This document shows, piece after piece, positions 27,848 through 36,811 of a stretch of DNA of 64,000 nt. Location of the stretch: positions 416,001-480,000 of the forward strand of contig CAWANH010000029.1 of the NCBI GenBank assembly GCA_963783375.1, in the 5' to 3' direction. Both the position numbers and the translations under genes were made by a program. The stretch comes from Candidatus Eiseniibacteriota bacterium (GTDB taxonomy: Bacteria; Eisenbacteria; RBG-16-71-46; JABDJR01). Every line of letters starts with the position of its first letter. The first letter of the stretch is position 1. Under the pieces are notes generated by a model, which was not told the origin of the DNA, did no database searches, and saw nothing but the letters and a program-made list of their open reading frames with translations.

Positions 27848-29765
27848 GACCGCCGAGCATAGCAACCGCGGCCCCAAGCGGTCCTGGTGGATGGACCCCT
27901 GGGTGTGGGCGGTGTTCGTGCTTGCCCTGGCGCTTCGGCTCCTCTACCTGACCGATCTCCGGCACACCCCCTTCTTCGACCATCCCCAGATGGATGCGCT
28001 CTATCACGACCAATGGGCCCGCCGGCTGGCCGCGGGGGATTGGGTGGGGGACGGGGTCTTCTTCCGCGCTCCGCTCTACCCGTACTTCCTGGGAGCGGTC
28101 TACGCGATCTTCGGGCCGAATGCCGTGGTGGTGCGCCTCATCCAGTTCGGGATCGGGGCCGGTACCGCGCTGTTGACCGCGGCCTTCGCCTATCCCCGCT
28201 TCGGACGCTTTGCTGCGGTGGCCGCAGGACTCCTGGTGGCTCTTCACGGCCCGTCGATCTACTTCGAGGGGGAACTCCTCCTGGTCGTCCTGGAGGCGCC
28301 GCTGTTTCTCATCGCCGCCTGGTCCCTGGACCGGGCGGTGACCCGGGGGACGGTCCGGTCCTGGCTCGGGGCCGGCGCCGCGGCGGGGGTGGCCGCCCTG
28401 GTGCGACCGACCATCCTCGCGCTGGCCCCGGTGGTCGCGGTCTACCTCCTGGCCCGGCGGGGGCGGCGGGGGCTTCGGCCCGCCGTGCTCTATGCCTCCG
28501 CGGTGCTGCTCGCCGTCTCCCCGGTCCTGGTCCGGAACTACGCGGTGGGACGGGACCTGGTGCCGGTGGCTTCCCAGGGAGGATTGAACTTCTACCTGGG
28601 GAACAACCCCGCCTCCGACGGGATGGCCGCTATCGCCCCGCAGTTCCGCCGGACCTGGGAAGGCCAGATCCACGACTCCGCCCGGGCGGCCGAGCTGGCG
28701 ATGGGACGGCCCCTGAAGCCGTCGGAGATTTCCCGGTACTGGTACCGGGAGGCGGCGGCCTGGATGATCCACGACCCCGGGGCCTTCCTCCGGCTCGAGC
28801 TCCGGAAGCTCGGCTACTTCTGGGACGCCTTCGAGATCCCCAACAACCAGGATTACTATTTTTTCTCCCGACTGACTAGAATATTTCGAGTCCCTATTCT
28901 CTCCGGGTTCGGGATTCTGGGTCCCCTGGCCCTGGCCGGCCTCGTGCTGGGACTCATCCGCCGGCGCCTGCCCTTCGCCTGGGTGGCGGTGCCGGCGGTC
29001 CTGGGCCTGGTGATCGTGGCCTTCTTCGTGTGCGGCCGGTACCGCGCGCCGTTGACCCCTCTCCTCGCGATCTGGGGCGGCTACGGGCTGGCCGACGCGG
29101 TAACCCTGATCCGCGGCGGCCGGCGGCCCCGATTCCTGGTCTACGCCGCGGTGCTCATTCTCTCCTCCTGGGCCCTCAACGCCGATCTTCTCCACAACCG
29201 CCTCCATCACTCCTACGCAGAGTCCTACCTCCGTCTCTCCATCTTCCACGCCAAGATGGGGGAATCCGCCGAGGCCTTCGCCGCCTGCAAGACCTCGATC
29301 ATGGTCGACCCCGGCTTCGCCGACGGCTGGAACAATCTGGGGGTCCTGGAGGCCCGGCGGGGGACCCTGGACGCGGCCCGCGAGGACTTCACCACCGCGG
29401 TGCTCCTGAACCCCGTCCATCCCAAGGCCCTGGGGAACCTGGCCGCGCTGGCTCTTCGCGAGGGGAAACCGGCCGAGGCGGATTCCCTGGCCCGGCGCAC
29501 CCTCGCCGCCGCGATGCACGCCCCCGAAGCGCTCATGAACGCCGGGGTCGTCCTGGGTAACCTGGGCCGTTTCCCCGAGGCCCTCGCCGCGTTCCATCGG
29601 GTGGTGGAACTGGAGCCGGAAAACGCGGCCGGCCGGGTGGGGGAAGCCCGGGCCCTGACCGCGCTCGGGCGGCGGCAGGAGGCCCGGCGCGTCCTGGAGG
29701 AGCTTCCTCCGGAGAAACGGACCCCGGACGCCACCCGTCTCCTGAAGGAGTTGAACGCGTCGTGA
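27846..29765 (+). CDS. GT39/ArnT-like membrane glycosyltransferase with C-terminal TPRs
   Basis: D..YH..A motif, RAPLYPYFL, many TM helices, GGLNFYLGNN, TPR tail; start may be 27891. Confidence 0.8.
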   Translation: MTAEHSNRGPKRSWWMDPWVWAVFVLALALRLLYLTDLRHTPFFDHPQMDALYHDQWARRLAAGDWVGDGVFFRAPLYPYFLGAVYAIFGPNAVVVRLIQFGIGAGTALLTAAFAYPRFGRFAAVAAGLLVALHGPSIYFEGELLLVVLEAPLFLIAAWSLDRAVTRGTVRSWLGAGAAAGVAALVRPTILALAPVVAVYLLARRGRRGLRPAVLYASAVLLAVSPVLVRNYAVGRDLVPVASQGGLNFYLGNNPASDGMAAIAPQFRRTWEGQIHDSARAAELAMGRPLKPSEISRYWYREAAAWMIHDPGAFLRLELRKLGYFWDAFEIPNNQDYYFFSRLTRIFRVPILSGFGILGPLALAGLVLGLIRRRLPFAWVAVPAVLGLVIVAFFVCGRYRAPLTPLLAIWGGYGLADAVTLIRGGRRPRFLVYAAVLILSSWALNADLLHNRLHHSYAESYLRLSIFHAKMGESAEAFAACKTSIMVDPGFADGWNNLGVLEARRGTLDAAREDFTTAVLLNPVHPKALGNLAALALREGKPAEADSLARRTLAAAMHAPEALMNAGVVLGNLGRFPEALAAFHRVVELEPENAAGRVGEARALTALGRRQEARRVLEELPPEKRTPDATRLLKELNAS

Positions 29766-30334
29766 GCCTCGACCACGCCCTCTTTCGTCTCATCAATCTC
29801 TCGTGGGGGCTCGACGCCCTGGCTCCGGTCATGAAGGTGCTGTCGAACCCCCTCTACTGGCTCCCGGTCATGGTGGGGCTCATCGCCTGGATGCTCCTTC
29901 GGGACGGACGCCACGGCCGGATCACCCTCCTCGTTCTCCTGCTCCTGGTCCCGGCCACCGACCAGATCTCGAGCCATCTCCTGAAGCCGCTGGTGCACCG
30001 CCCGCGGCCTTGTCGGGCGGAGGCGGCCATCGCAGGGGTGAAGAACCACGGCGCGCACTGCTCCAGTTCCGGCTCCTTTCCCTCATCCCATGCCTTCAAC
30101 ATTGCCGGGCTGGCGGTGTTCCTGGCCCTTCGGCACCGGAAGTGGGCGGTTCCCGCCGCGCTGATTGCGATCGGGGTGGGCTACAGCCGGGTCTACCTGG
30201 GCGTCCACTACCCGTCGGACGTGCTGGGAGGCTGGGCCATGGGGTCGGCGATGGGGTGGGGGGCGGCCCGGCTGGCGGCCCGGCTGGATCGCGGCCGGGC
30301 CGCCCCGAGTCAACCGACCGATTCGGTGGCTTGA
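29762..30334 (+). CDS. PAP2 family phosphatase (undecaprenyl-PP/lipid A phosphatase-like)
   Basis: KPLVHRPRP, SFPSSH, SRVYLGVHYPSDV. Confidence 0.9.
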   Translation: MSLDHALFRLINLSWGLDALAPVMKVLSNPLYWLPVMVGLIAWMLLRDGRHGRITLLVLLLLVPATDQISSHLLKPLVHRPRPCRAEAAIAGVKNHGAHCSSSGSFPSSHAFNIAGLAVFLALRHRKWAVPAALIAIGVGYSRVYLGVHYPSDVLGGWAMGSAMGWGAARLAARLDRGRAAPSQPTDSVA

Positions 30335-30359
30335 CGCCGGACCCGAATCCCAATAGACT
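30331..30359 (+). promoter_or_regulatory. sigma70-type promoter for M6 protease gene
   Basis: TTGACG-N17-TAGACT. Confidence 0.6.
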
Positions 30360-30425
30360 GGAGTTTGACGGGGTTGGAATTCGAATTGGATAGACGACCC
30401 GCTGCCTGAGGGTCACCGTCACCAG

Positions 30426-33341
30426 ATGAACCTGTCAACCGCCCGGCCGGGCGAAACCTGGGTGCGGCGCTTCAAGCGACAGCTTGCCCCCTCGGTCCCG
30501 CCTCTTCCCGTGAACCCCCGGCTCATGATGCTCCTCATCCTGGCTCTTTCCGCGTTTTCCCCCTCCCGGGCATGGACGGCGGAGGCGACGCCGACCTTGG
30601 CGGGACCGCTAACGCCGGCCCCGGCGTGGCTCGACCTGCCCCCCACCCAGCAACGGCTCTGGGAAGATCAGGGGTTGGGCCGCCCCGCCGCTCATCTCCT
30701 GGGGCAGAGCGACCTCCGGGCCGCGGGCATGGTCACCACCCTCCGGGTGGTGGCGATCCTGATCGACTTTCCCGATGTGGCCGCCGACACCGAGGCGCAC
30801 CCGCCCGAGTACTACCGGAAGCTCCTCTTCAGCCGCAACGAGCTTCCCGGAGGTTCGGTGGCCGACTTCCTGTACGAGTCCTCTCATGGCCGGCTCGAGT
30901 TCACCGGGGAAGTGCGTGGCTGGTTCACCGCCTCCTCGAAGCACACCGATTACACCCAGGGGCAGGGAGGGCTGGGCCGGCTCTACCCCAACAACTCGCA
31001 GTTCCTGGCCGAGGAGGCCATTCACCTCGCCGACCCCACCATCAACTTCGCGTACTTCGACGACGAGGGGCCGGACGGCGTCCCCGACTCCGGGGACGAC
31101 GACGAGACCATCGACGGCATCGTGATCATTCATGCCGGCGGCGGGGACGAGCTCCGCTATCGGCCCGATGAGTTCACCGCGGTCCACTGGTGGACGGTGG
31201 CCCCGATCCCGGTGGACGGCGTGTTCGGGCGGTACTTCACCATGAATCCCGAAGACGGGGGGATCGGGATCTTCTGCCACGAGCTCGGCCACCTGATGGG
31301 GCTCCCCGATCTGTACGACAAGGTTTCCCCGCCCAGCGCAGGTATCGGACAGTGGTCGCTCATGTGCGGGGGAATCTCGGTCGGGGCGGCGGGGATTCCG
31401 GTGGATTTCGATGCGTGGTCGAAGATCCGGCTGGGGTTCGTGAACGTGGTGCCTGTCTTCTACGATCGGGACCGGGCGGTCATTCCTCCCAGTTCGGCCA
31501 CGGACAAGGTGTATCGCCTGTGGGGGAACGGAACCAACGGATCGGAGTACTTCCTTCTCGAGAACCGCCGGAAGTCCGGACTGGATCGGGCCCTCCCCGG
31601 GGAGGGGATCATGATCTACCACATCGACGACCGGGTACCGGGCAACGACAGCGCCGAACACTACAAGGTGGCTCTCGAGCAGGCGGACGGTCTCTACCAG
31701 CTCGAGGGGAGAACCGGCTTCATCAACTATGGGGACGCGGGCGATCCGTTTCACGCGGGTGACGTGTTCGCGGCCTACACCCAACCTCCCAGCACCGCCT
31801 ACAACGGCACCGACACCTATGTTTCGGTTTTCGGCATCGAGGGGCCGGATCCCGACGGGACGATGACCGCGAACCTCCACGTGGAGCCCGGACCGGTGGT
31901 CGAGGTGAGCGCGGTGAACATGATCGAGCTGGAGGGAAACGGGGATGGGCTGGTCACCGCCGGCGAGACCGCGGGGATCCTGCCGCGCATCACGGTGTCG
32001 CGGCTGGCCGCGTCCCACCTGCACCTCCATCTCCGGTCCCTGGATAGCCGGGGGGAGATCCTGGATCCGGATTGGGACGCCCTCTCGATTCCGGCGGGAT
32101 CCTCGATCACTCCCGCGAATCCCCTCAGGGTCCGGATCTCCTCGGACCTTCCCAGCGACCCCTATGGCCTTCCCCTGGCCCTCGACCTCTCCTGGGACGA
32201 CGCTCCGGTCCGCCACCTCCCGGTCGAGCTTGGGTTGGGCTCGGTCGTCGGCCGCTCCGACGATTTCGACAGCTCCATCTCGGGGTGGCAGCACGAACCG
32301 GTCCGGTTGACCGCCTTCGATCAGTGGAGCTATGCCCCCGGTATGGGCCGGGACGAGACCCCCGGGTTCCGCTGCGGGAACTATCCCTACGGATATCGCC
32401 AGGGGGCGGATTGCGCGTTGGTGTCTCCTCCGGTGCTGCTTCCCCACGGAGCTGAACTCCTGTTCGATCAGAGCGTGAGCATCTTCCTGCCCGACTCCAC
32501 CAGCGGCCTGGCCGGGGGGGTGATCGAGATCTCGGTGAACGGGGGCGACTGGACCCAGGTCGACCCCGATGGGGGCTACCCGGGCCGCTACGGCGGCACC
32601 AACCCGATCTGGGCGGCGCGCGCGATCTACACCGGACGCATCCTGAGCGGGGCTTGGCACACCGTGCGGGTCGATCTCTCCCAGTACGTGGGCGCGGTGC
32701 GGGTGCGTTTCCGCTTCTTCGCCGAGATGAGCTCGAGCGGGGGGAACGGATGGAGGATCGACAACGTGCGCATCCAGTCCGCCCTCACCCCGGTTCACGT
32801 GATCACCGCCGCGGCCACCGTGGAAGGGGAGGACGTGAGGTTGGCCTGGAAGCTCGGAGAACCCCTTCCTGCCCGCGTCCGGTGGATCAGGGGCCTCACC
32901 GCGGAGAGCGGGACGCCGGTGGGGGATGGCTGGGTGGAGGCGACGGCCGAGGGATCGACCCTCGATACGGGAGGGACCCGGTTCCTTCCCGCCCGCTACT
33001 GGCTGGAGGGGCGAGAACGCGACGGCACCGTCGACCGCTTCGGGCCGGTCCAGGTGGAGGGGGGGGGGCCTGCCCCGCCGGTCGTCCCCTGGCGGGTCGG
33101 CGGGAGCCCCTCTCGCGGGCCGGTCCAGTTCGTTTGGAACGTCCCGCTGCCCGAGGGGGCGGCGCTTCAGGTCTTCGATGTGCGGGGCCGCCTCGTGGCC
33201 GAAACCCCCCTACCCCCGGCCCCCGGGAGCTACACCTGGGGAGGGACGACCTCGAGCGGGACGGCGGCCGCTCCCGGAATCTACTTTGCGCGGATCGCCG
33301 GCGCGGGGCTGAACCCGCTCCGGGTCGTGAGGCTCCCATGA
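30426..33341 (+). CDS. Secreted M6 (immune inhibitor A-like) metalloprotease with FlgD/T9SS-like C-terminal domain
   Basis: ILIDFPD, IIHAG, CHELGHLMGLPDLYD, WSLM Met-turn, EYFLLENR; C-terminal VFDVRGRLV...GIYFARI. Confidence 0.87.
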   Translation: MNLSTARPGETWVRRFKRQLAPSVPPLPVNPRLMMLLILALSAFSPSRAWTAEATPTLAGPLTPAPAWLDLPPTQQRLWEDQGLGRPAAHLLGQSDLRAAGMVTTLRVVAILIDFPDVAADTEAHPPEYYRKLLFSRNELPGGSVADFLYESSHGRLEFTGEVRGWFTASSKHTDYTQGQGGLGRLYPNNSQFLAEEAIHLADPTINFAYFDDEGPDGVPDSGDDDETIDGIVIIHAGGGDELRYRPDEFTAVHWWTVAPIPVDGVFGRYFTMNPEDGGIGIFCHELGHLMGLPDLYDKVSPPSAGIGQWSLMCGGISVGAAGIPVDFDAWSKIRLGFVNVVPVFYDRDRAVIPPSSATDKVYRLWGNGTNGSEYFLLENRRKSGLDRALPGEGIMIYHIDDRVPGNDSAEHYKVALEQADGLYQLEGRTGFINYGDAGDPFHAGDVFAAYTQPPSTAYNGTDTYVSVFGIEGPDPDGTMTANLHVEPGPVVEVSAVNMIELEGNGDGLVTAGETAGILPRITVSRLAASHLHLHLRSLDSRGEILDPDWDALSIPAGSSITPANPLRVRISSDLPSDPYGLPLALDLSWDDAPVRHLPVELGLGSVVGRSDDFDSSISGWQHEPVRLTAFDQWSYAPGMGRDETPGFRCGNYPYGYRQGADCALVSPPVLLPHGAELLFDQSVSIFLPDSTSGLAGGVIEISVNGGDWTQVDPDGGYPGRYGGTNPIWAARAIYTGRILSGAWHTVRVDLSQYVGAVRVRFRFFAEMSSSGGNGWRIDNVRIQSALTPVHVITAAATVEGEDVRLAWKLGEPLPARVRWIRGLTAESGTPVGDGWVEATAEGSTLDTGGTRFLPARYWLEGRERDGTVDRFGPVQVEGGGPAPPVVPWRVGGSPSRGPVQFVWNVPLPEGAALQVFDVRGRLVAETPLPPAPGSYTWGGTTSSGTAAAPGIYFARIAGAGLNPLRVVRLP

Positions 33342-34543
33342 AACGCCAAGCCTGCGTGTTCGCCTTCCTGGTGGCTCTGCTCGCGGTTGCGGTCCAGGCG
33401 GGGGCCGCCGAGTGGGGGTCGGAGAGGGTTCCGGTTCCCGCCCCCTGGGGAAATTCGAGCCTGGGCGTGGCCGGTCAACCGGCGGTGGTCCGCCAGGACG
33501 GCTCCGTCGACCTCGTTTTCCAGAGCTACGTGAGCCCGGAGTCCGCTCGGGTGGTTTTCGCCCGTCGCGATCCAGGCGGGGTGTGGGGCCAACCCGAGAT
33601 CATCTCGCCTCCGGACCGCCTGGCCCGAAATCCGTGCGTGGTGCTGGACCGCCGCGCGTCGCTCCACGTGTTCTGGGAGGACTACACCGAGCCGGGGGGG
33701 GACATCGTGCACCGCGAACGTCTCGCCGACGGCGCCTGGCAGGCCCCGGAGGTGGTGAGCGCGGCTCCCGGCCTCTCTCGTGATCCGGTAGCCGCGGTGG
33801 ATGCCTTCGATCGCGTCAACGTGGTGTGGGTGGACGGGAGGAGCGATGAGCGCGAGATCATGCACGCGGTTCTCGCCCCCGGCCAGGACTGGTCCGCGGG
33901 AGACGTCTTGAGCCCCGGCAGCGACAGCCCCGACGAGCCGAGCGTCACCGCCGACAGCGTGGGGGCGGTGCACGTGGTATGGAGGGATCGGGACGCTTCG
34001 GTCCGGAACGGCTACAGCTCCCAGATCATCTACGTGCGCCTCGGTCCGGAGACCGCCGATCCCCACCCGGTGCGCCTGGTGGATAAGGTCTCCGTTTCCC
34101 AGAGCCCCTTTATCATGGCCGCGCCGGACGGCACCCTGCACCTGGTCTGGGCGGACAACCGTGCCTCCAGCATCGGCATCCGCTCCGACTACTTCGACAT
34201 ATACTACAAACGCTATCTGCCCGGGGTGGGCTGGGGACACGACAAGCAGTTCACCTGGGACGGGACCGACCATGCCCGACCCATCCTGACCCTCGGAGCC
34301 GGGAACACCGTGAACATCTGCTGGGAGGACTACCGGTTCGGCAACCCGGAGATCTACTACCGCCAGATCACTCCCGAGACGGGGTGGGACCCTGATCCAA
34401 GCCGGCTCACCGCCGACGCCGGGGCCTCCCAGGCGCCGGTCCTGGTGTCGGTGCCTGTCGGCGGCCTCCTCCTCCTGTGGGCGGACGCCCGGGGGAGCGG
34501 GGAGTACTCCCTCTATGCCCGCACCGGCAGCATCGCCCCCTGA
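33338..34543 (+). CDS. Secreted repeat protein (BNR/beta-propeller-like)
   Basis: Signal peptide; recurring HVxWxDxR...EIYY motifs; coupled to protease gene. Confidence 0.7.
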   Translation: MKRQACVFAFLVALLAVAVQAGAAEWGSERVPVPAPWGNSSLGVAGQPAVVRQDGSVDLVFQSYVSPESARVVFARRDPGGVWGQPEIISPPDRLARNPCVVLDRRASLHVFWEDYTEPGGDIVHRERLADGAWQAPEVVSAAPGLSRDPVAAVDAFDRVNVVWVDGRSDEREIMHAVLAPGQDWSAGDVLSPGSDSPDEPSVTADSVGAVHVVWRDRDASVRNGYSSQIIYVRLGPETADPHPVRLVDKVSVSQSPFIMAAPDGTLHLVWADNRASSIGIRSDYFDIYYKRYLPGVGWGHDKQFTWDGTDHARPILTLGAGNTVNICWEDYRFGNPEIYYRQITPETGWDPDPSRLTADAGASQAPVLVSVPVGGLLLLWADARGSGEYSLYARTGSIAP

Positions 34544-34696
34544 GCCATCCCCGGGGCTTTTTTCCCCCGAGGCGGGTGAAATACCCCTCGATTCAATCTG
34601 GCTTCCCGGGAACCCCCGGGACGGGAGTCCGGCTTCGAACCCCCATTTCTCGATGCCCGATGCGTTTGCGCGAGTCATCCGTGACGGCGCGTCGCA

Positions 34697-34712
34697 TGGC
34701 ACGGCGGTTGCA
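34697..34712 (+). promoter_or_regulatory. sigma54 (-24/-12) promoter
   Basis: TGGCAC-GGCGG-TTGCA, exact consensus and spacing. Confidence 0.75.
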
Positions 34713-34722
34713 ACTTATACGC

Positions 34723-34888
34723 GGTGGATGACGGAACGAAACCCGGGCCCCGACAAACCGGGTTCTTCCTGCGGTGTTTGTGATAGCTCGTGTTGAGAAG
34801 TTGATCCGCCAGAGTAAACGCCATTCACCGGGCACACGGCATCCGCGGGGAACGGGAGAGGCCGGCCGCAAGGTCGGTCTCTCCTTGT
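34723..34888 (+). ncRNA. Candidate sigma54-dependent small RNA
   Basis: Starts at predicted +1; 5' end pairs with 34819-34829; internal hairpin; ends in 13-bp GCAA-tetraloop hairpin. Confidence 0.45.
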
Positions 34889-34896
34889 GCGACGGA

Positions 34897-34926
34897 TTGA
34901 CACCCCCTGATCCCGCCTGATACGTT
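34897..34926 (+). promoter_or_regulatory. sigma70 promoter for sppA
   Basis: TTGACA-N18-TACGTT with TG extension. Confidence 0.6.
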
Positions 34927-34987
34927 GCGCGTTCGCGACCCGGGCGAACGTCCCCGCGCGCCGCACTCACCGTCCTGGGTAACCTCC

Positions 34988-35869
34988 ATGGCCAGTCGGA
35001 AAACAGGTCTCTTGCTCGGGTGTCTCCTCCTCGCGGCGATGGTCGTGATTGCGGTGGCGTCCCTGTCCATCTTCGTGGCCGGACCGTGGGTGGGAGGGAG
35101 CCTCCCGCTGATGGCCGGCGGAAAGGTGGGGCTGGTGGTGCTGGAAGGGCCGATCGGGCCGTCCCGCGCCCTGGTGCGGGAGTTGGACGCCAACCGGAAC
35201 GACGCCTCCATCAAGGCGGTGGTGTTGCGGGTGAACAGTCCCGGGGGTGAAGTCGCCCCGTCGCAGGAGATCCACGACGCCGTGCTCCGGCTGTCCCGGG
35301 AGAAGCCGGTGGTGGCCTCGTTCGGCTCGGTCGCCGCCTCCGGCGGCTACTACGCGGCGATTGCCGCTGATTCCATCCTTGCCGACCCCGGCACGCTCAC
35401 CGGGAGCATCGGCGTCATCTTCTCCTATCCCACCGTGGAGCGCCTGCTGGACAAGGCGGGGATCCAGTGGCAGGTCTACAAGAGCGGGGCGCTCAAGGAC
35501 ATGGGCACCTTCACGCGGGAACCGACCGAGGAGGAGGCGGCGGTTTTCGACGGGCTGGTGATGGACGTCTACGATCAGTTCGTGACCGCGGTGGCCGAGG
35601 ACCGGGAGTTGGACCGCGACCGCGTTCTCGCCATGGCCGACGGCCGGGTCTTCACCGGCCGCCAGGCCGTCGAACTGGGGCTGGTAGACGGGATCGGCGA
35701 CCTCCACGCCGCGGTCGGCATGGCGGCACGGATGGCCGGTCTGTCCGGGGAGCCGCAGGTGGTCCGGAAAACCCGTCCCCGTATTCCCATTCTCGACGTC
35801 CTCGACCAGTTCCTGGGCGACCACGCCCGTTCCGCCTCCTCGCCCCGCCTCGAGTACCGCTGGCGCTGA
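34988..35869 (+). CDS. sppA: Signal peptide peptidase SppA (S49, short form)
   Basis: LRVNSPGG, KPVVAS, AASGGYY, TLTGSIGV, KSGALKD, ADGRVFTGRQA. Confidence 0.93.
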   Translation: MASRKTGLLLGCLLLAAMVVIAVASLSIFVAGPWVGGSLPLMAGGKVGLVVLEGPIGPSRALVRELDANRNDASIKAVVLRVNSPGGEVAPSQEIHDAVLRLSREKPVVASFGSVAASGGYYAAIAADSILADPGTLTGSIGVIFSYPTVERLLDKAGIQWQVYKSGALKDMGTFTREPTEEEAAVFDGLVMDVYDQFVTAVAEDRELDRDRVLAMADGRVFTGRQAVELGLVDGIGDLHAAVGMAARMAGLSGEPQVVRKTRPRIPILDVLDQFLGDHARSASSPRLEYRWR

Positions 35870-35970
35870 TCGCGCTCCCTCCCCACCGTTCCGGTGTTCC
35901 CGAATCTGTGGATCGGTTTATCGATTTTCCACTTTGCCGATGGTCAAACCCTCTTTCTTGGGGGTATATC

Positions 35971-36000
35971 TTGACAACCCACCGCATTTTGTGGTAGGGT
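35971..36000 (+). promoter_or_regulatory. sigma70 promoter
   Basis: TTGACA-N18-TAGGGT with TG extension, AT-rich upstream. Confidence 0.6.
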
Positions 36001-36005
36001 GCCTG

Positions 36006-36185
36006 AACGGCTTCGAGCTGGTCTGAAGCGAGGGCTTCCGCGCCATGTGCGGCGTGAGTCGGTGGCTGAAACCGGACGTCGCTGTGTTAGCTTTATACAT
36101 GCCCGTCGGCGACCGCCCTTGCAGCGGTCCCCAGGCGGCCCCGGCCCAACTTCAAACCGGAAGGGCCGGCTTGAAGCCGGTTTTT
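36006..36185 (+). ncRNA. Candidate ~180 nt structured RNA or regulatory leader (family unassigned)
   Basis: 16-bp terminal stem 36008-36023/36164-36179, internal hairpins, TTTTT at 36181-36185. Confidence 0.5.
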
Positions 36186-36363
36186 AGGGACCCGTCCCGC
36201 TGGGTCCCGGAGGTGAGGTGCCGGAGACGGTGATTGCCCCGCCCTCGCGTGGGGCTTTTCCATGGGGATGGAACTCTCCGGACGTTGCGGTGTATTTGTG
36301 GGCGATGGGCGTCCCCGGCCCGTCCCCGGTGGACACGCCATGTGGGCGGTGCGGAGGATTGAC

Positions 36364-36771
36364 ATGCCGAAGAAGGCAGTGAGGGAGCGGCGCAAGGCTC
36401 CTCGGATCGATTCGAGGCTCGCGCTGCAAGTTGAACGGGCGGTCAGAAGCAATACCGAGCGGCCGATGACCACGGAGAGCGTGAACGTCTCCAGCGGTGG
36501 CATCTGCTGCAACGTTCGTTCCTTTGTCGAGCCCCTGACCAAGGTGGGTCTGACCCTGCTACTGCCGTCCTTCGGCCGCAAGGGCAAGAAGACCCAGGTG
36601 GTTTCCTGCAACGGGGTCGTGGTGCGATGCCTGTCGTATCCTGCGGTCAGCGAGTTCGAGTTGGCCTGCGCCTTCACCGACATCAAGAAAGAGGACAAGA
36701 CCCTCATCGAGGAATACATCGGCTGGAGGCTGATGCAGGACCTCGTGGACGAGCGACTGTCCCAGCCTTGA
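36364..36771 (+). CDS. Stand-alone PilZ domain protein
   Basis: ERRKAPR (RxxxR) and NVSSGG (D/NxSxxG); GGAGG SD. Confidence 0.82.
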   Translation: MPKKAVRERRKAPRIDSRLALQVERAVRSNTERPMTTESVNVSSGGICCNVRSFVEPLTKVGLTLLLPSFGRKGKKTQVVSCNGVVVRCLSYPAVSEFELACAFTDIKKEDKTLIEEYIGWRLMQDLVDERLSQP

Positions 36772-36811
36772 CCCCGATCCTCCGGCCCGGGGCGGGGCAA
36801 AGGAGACCCTG

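Noticed and set aside
34728-34820. Cys-rich mini-ORF MTERNPGPDKPGSSCGVCDSSC* (SCIFF-like CxxCxxxC; possible UGA-Sec readthrough)
   Set aside because: No SD, atypical codons, no convincing SECIS hairpin and no adjacent maturase; RNA structure explains the sequence better.
35900-35970. DnaA-box-like words in an AT-richer gap
   Set aside because: Only degenerate matches, no cluster or unwinding element, no dnaA context.
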